DNA from: Strigamia acuminata
Taxonomy: Eukaryota
DNA length: 64,000 bases
Assembly (NCBI GenBank): GCA_949358305.1
Contig: OX442314.1
Location: 14,756,001-14,820,000, forward strand
Reading direction: 5' to 3'
Under the pieces are notes generated by a model, which saw only the letters and a list, made by a program, of their open reading frames with translations, was not told the DNA's origin and searched no databases. Below, one piece after another: positions 60,995-64,000 of the stretch (the stretch's first letter is position 1; every line of letters begins with the position of its first letter). The position numbers and the translations under genes are program-made.

Positions 60995-63900
60995 TTTTTC
61001 AATTTTCAGTTTTCAATCTATTTTTTTGAATATTAATAACAGATTCATCTGAAATTTGAATTCTACGATTGGTGCATTGCTTGTGTGGTTAGAAAATACA
61101 TTTAAAAGGCTGTTCCATGTTGCTTATATTTACGCTGCCATAGAGATAGAAGTATGTTTATTGTTGTGTAAACTACATTGTAATAAGAATACATTGTGAG
61201 ATTGACTGCAAGTTGGAAAACCTGCAACTAGAAAAACAAGTATTTTTAAATTGTGATGGGGGTTTGTGGCAATTCAAAACTGTGAGATGATTGAGAAGAT
61301 TCGTGTTAGAAACAAAAGAAGTCATGTTGCTTTTCGATGTATGACCTTGTTTTTGTTTTTCTCTATAAGTTTAAACACAAACCATTGCGCCAACTGAGGT
61401 AGCCGTGGTGGAGTGTGTAGCGACTGGACTGTGTTGACTGTGTTGGAATGGCTGGGCGAATGAGTTCAAATCTGCGCAAAGATTTAATATATATATTTAT
61501 TTTATTTATAAATTTCACTTTGTAAGCCTTGCAAGTATATGTTTTAACGAAAGTAATGCATGGTTGTGTTTTGTGTGGTAGAGTGCGTGACAACTCTTGC
61601 TGGGCGAATGGTTCAAATCCACGACTATAATTTATTTTTTTAAGTCGAAAAATGCAAAATGAAAGTTTATAACTATAAGGCTCAAACTAAGCGACTCTGC
61701 TAAGAAGCACCGATGGGAGTTAGCGTCCGGCTGCTGGCAGGGCGCGGTGGCTTGCGATGCAGGTGCACCCTCTCCGAGCGCTCTATACACGTTAGTCAAC
61801 TTTTTTTCTCTCGTTTTTCTTTCTTTTTTCATTTATCTTTTTCGTTCAACCAACATCACATTAAATCAATTTTCAAAACTTTTCAACGTCTATAACTGTT
61901 TAAATGATTTTTGAAGTTGCGAGATTTCAAGTTTTGATAATTTTGATAATGTGAAGATATGAAATTCCAAAAACTCAATCACGTGTTCGTCATGATGTCT
62001 CAAAATGTTAGACATTTAATCTCGAAGCCATCGCTTCTTGCTATCATTCTAATATTTAATACCCTTACTTACAAAATTATAAGAAAAGAATAACACAAAT
62101 TAGAACTGATTAAAATGTTCAAAGCTTTTTTTTTATTATTATCTTAAATCCGTCCTTCACCGGATTTGAACTGAACTCTGGTAAAGTAAATGTTTTTCTT
62201 CCTGTCTTAAATTAAATACCAGCCATCTCGCCCGGGAGCTACCACTCCTTATTATAAATCTGCTACCCAATTATCTTATAGATTGTACTGGCGGAATTAA
62301 TTGAAAATTAAAAGAGAAAATGAATTGAAAAAAAAAATTTTATGGCCTGAATAACTGGATTCGAAGATTCGAACTAGGGAGTGTGTGTCCACTATAAAAC
62401 CTCAAATACTTGAAAATAATGGAAACTGGAAACCCATTGCAAGAACCACCGCTCCTCTTTGTAATTGTTTTATGAATCCCATACTTTTCGTGATAGTGAC
62501 ATGCAAGGAATCTAATTGAAATATTAAATTGCAAAACTAAACTACCAACTCGGGATATTAATCCAAAGTAAAGAGCCAAAACCAAATAGCCACGAGTTCC
62601 ATGCATAAGCTTGTTCCCATAGATGTTCTATTTGCCAATTTTATTGTGTTGAAAACGTGAAGCAATTGTATTGTACAAAAACATTGCAAATACCGGTAGA
62701 TGCACGAGCTTTAATTTGTCATACATGAAAGGCAGCCGTTTTTTAATTTTAGCTATTATATATTATAATTCTCTAAAGTACAACATTTATTCAGACACTT
62801 CGAGAAACTTGATATTTTGGCTTTAGTTGTTCTGTTTTTTTAAATTTATTATTTACATAGAATAGTCAGTTCTTCGTTTACTGTTTGCAACAAAAAAGAA
62901 ATAGAAGAAGAATAGCCAAATAGATGTACACGGTAAGAGAAACTTCGGGAAATATCCTGCCTAATTAAGGGTAAGATAAGACAGAAAAAAATATCCATTC
63001 TGTATTAAAATATTTGTCGCAATACTTACTTATAATAGAGAACAAAATGAAATACAAAATAACAATTATGGAGTAACCCCAAACTAAGCAACAGACACAC
63101 TGTGGCTTTCTGTTAATGCCTTTATTAGACGACCTGGCAGCTAAGTGAATCATACAAAAGTATTATGCTTTGTCTCGTATTATTTCGTATTTACTTACAA
63201 GTCGCAGACCTCCTAGCTTTCACCATTTTTAGTCCAGTCTCTAATTCCACAGATAGGTCAATCGCACTAATTGATAACATAGCATAACAATGAATTTTAA
63301 ATCACATCTCTTACATTTTTATCCTTTAGATTTGAGAAAATATTGCACGCTTTTAACGCTGAATTTTTAAAAATTCGAAGTATATTTAAAATTTAAATTT
63401 CTTTCGAGTCATTCTCATAAATGAGAAGCAACAAAGACGGTACGTGTAACAAAAGGCATCAACGTGTCAACAGAAGTCTTTTTGTGGTATTGCGCACATG
63501 TAGAGAGAAATTTCCTCGATTTTTACTTCCATTTTTATTAGAATAAAACTAAAAGAAGCTTAGAATGTATAATAACTACAAAGTAAACTACAAGTTTTAT
63601 TACGAGTTCTCGGTAAGCTGTATTTTATCAATAAAAATATTTTGATAGAAAGAAACTTAAATTCCGGCTCATAACAAGTTAAGATGAAATTTTTAAAAAA
63701 ATTACAAATATTTCTAGACACAAAACCCGAGCGTGAGACTTATTTTGAGTCCCGAAGTGCTCCGTCTCGCTTCAAATGTTTATCTAACACATTTTTACAA
63801 ATTAAAAATAAAAGAAAGATTATTTATCCCAGGCGATTAAACACATTTGATTTGACACCTTCCATATTGATTGATTTAATTCTTTTAATGCTCCCTGCTG

Positions 63901-64000
63901 CTTTTAATTTGTTTGCTAATTGTATACGTGATCGATCGTTGGCTTTCATTATTTTAATCCTGCTGTCGCGATTAACAGCCAGTCGATTATGCACTGGCAA

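Noticed and set aside
61000..64000. Short ORFs in the last 3 kb
   Set aside because: No recognisable motifs and no consistent exon chain found.

Overview
AT-rich, gene-dense animal DNA with mostly 55-80 nt introns, probably from a compact-genome invertebrate (species not determined). Gene order: HHAT/rasp-type MBOAT acyltransferase (+); a ~23 kb minus-strand array of 10 two-exon serpins (8 intact, 2 pseudogenes; labelled S1-S10 here); MRPS5 (+); THIK-type K2P channel (+); TBCB (-); BIRC6/Bruce (+, ~19.5 kb); LRR1 (-); CREBZF (+); and two small spliced minus-strand genes I reconstructed by hand. The serpin array grew by tandem duplications that carried along the HHAT 3' end, and it contains many MITEs, solo LTRs, a LINE stub and tiny P-element-like footprints. 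Most notable: (1) hypervariable, Cys-Cys-rich reactive loops on near-identical scaffolds; (2) a divergent serpin with an RNRR furin-type bait and C-terminal KTEL; (3) a hAT element that replaced a serpin's basic C-terminal tail; (4) oversize introns whose surplus sequence folds into long, often G-U-containing stems, leaving about one minimal intron unpaired; (5) a candidate 110-aa polybasic-CaaX protein. All exon boundaries, alignments and folds were read by eye, not computed.
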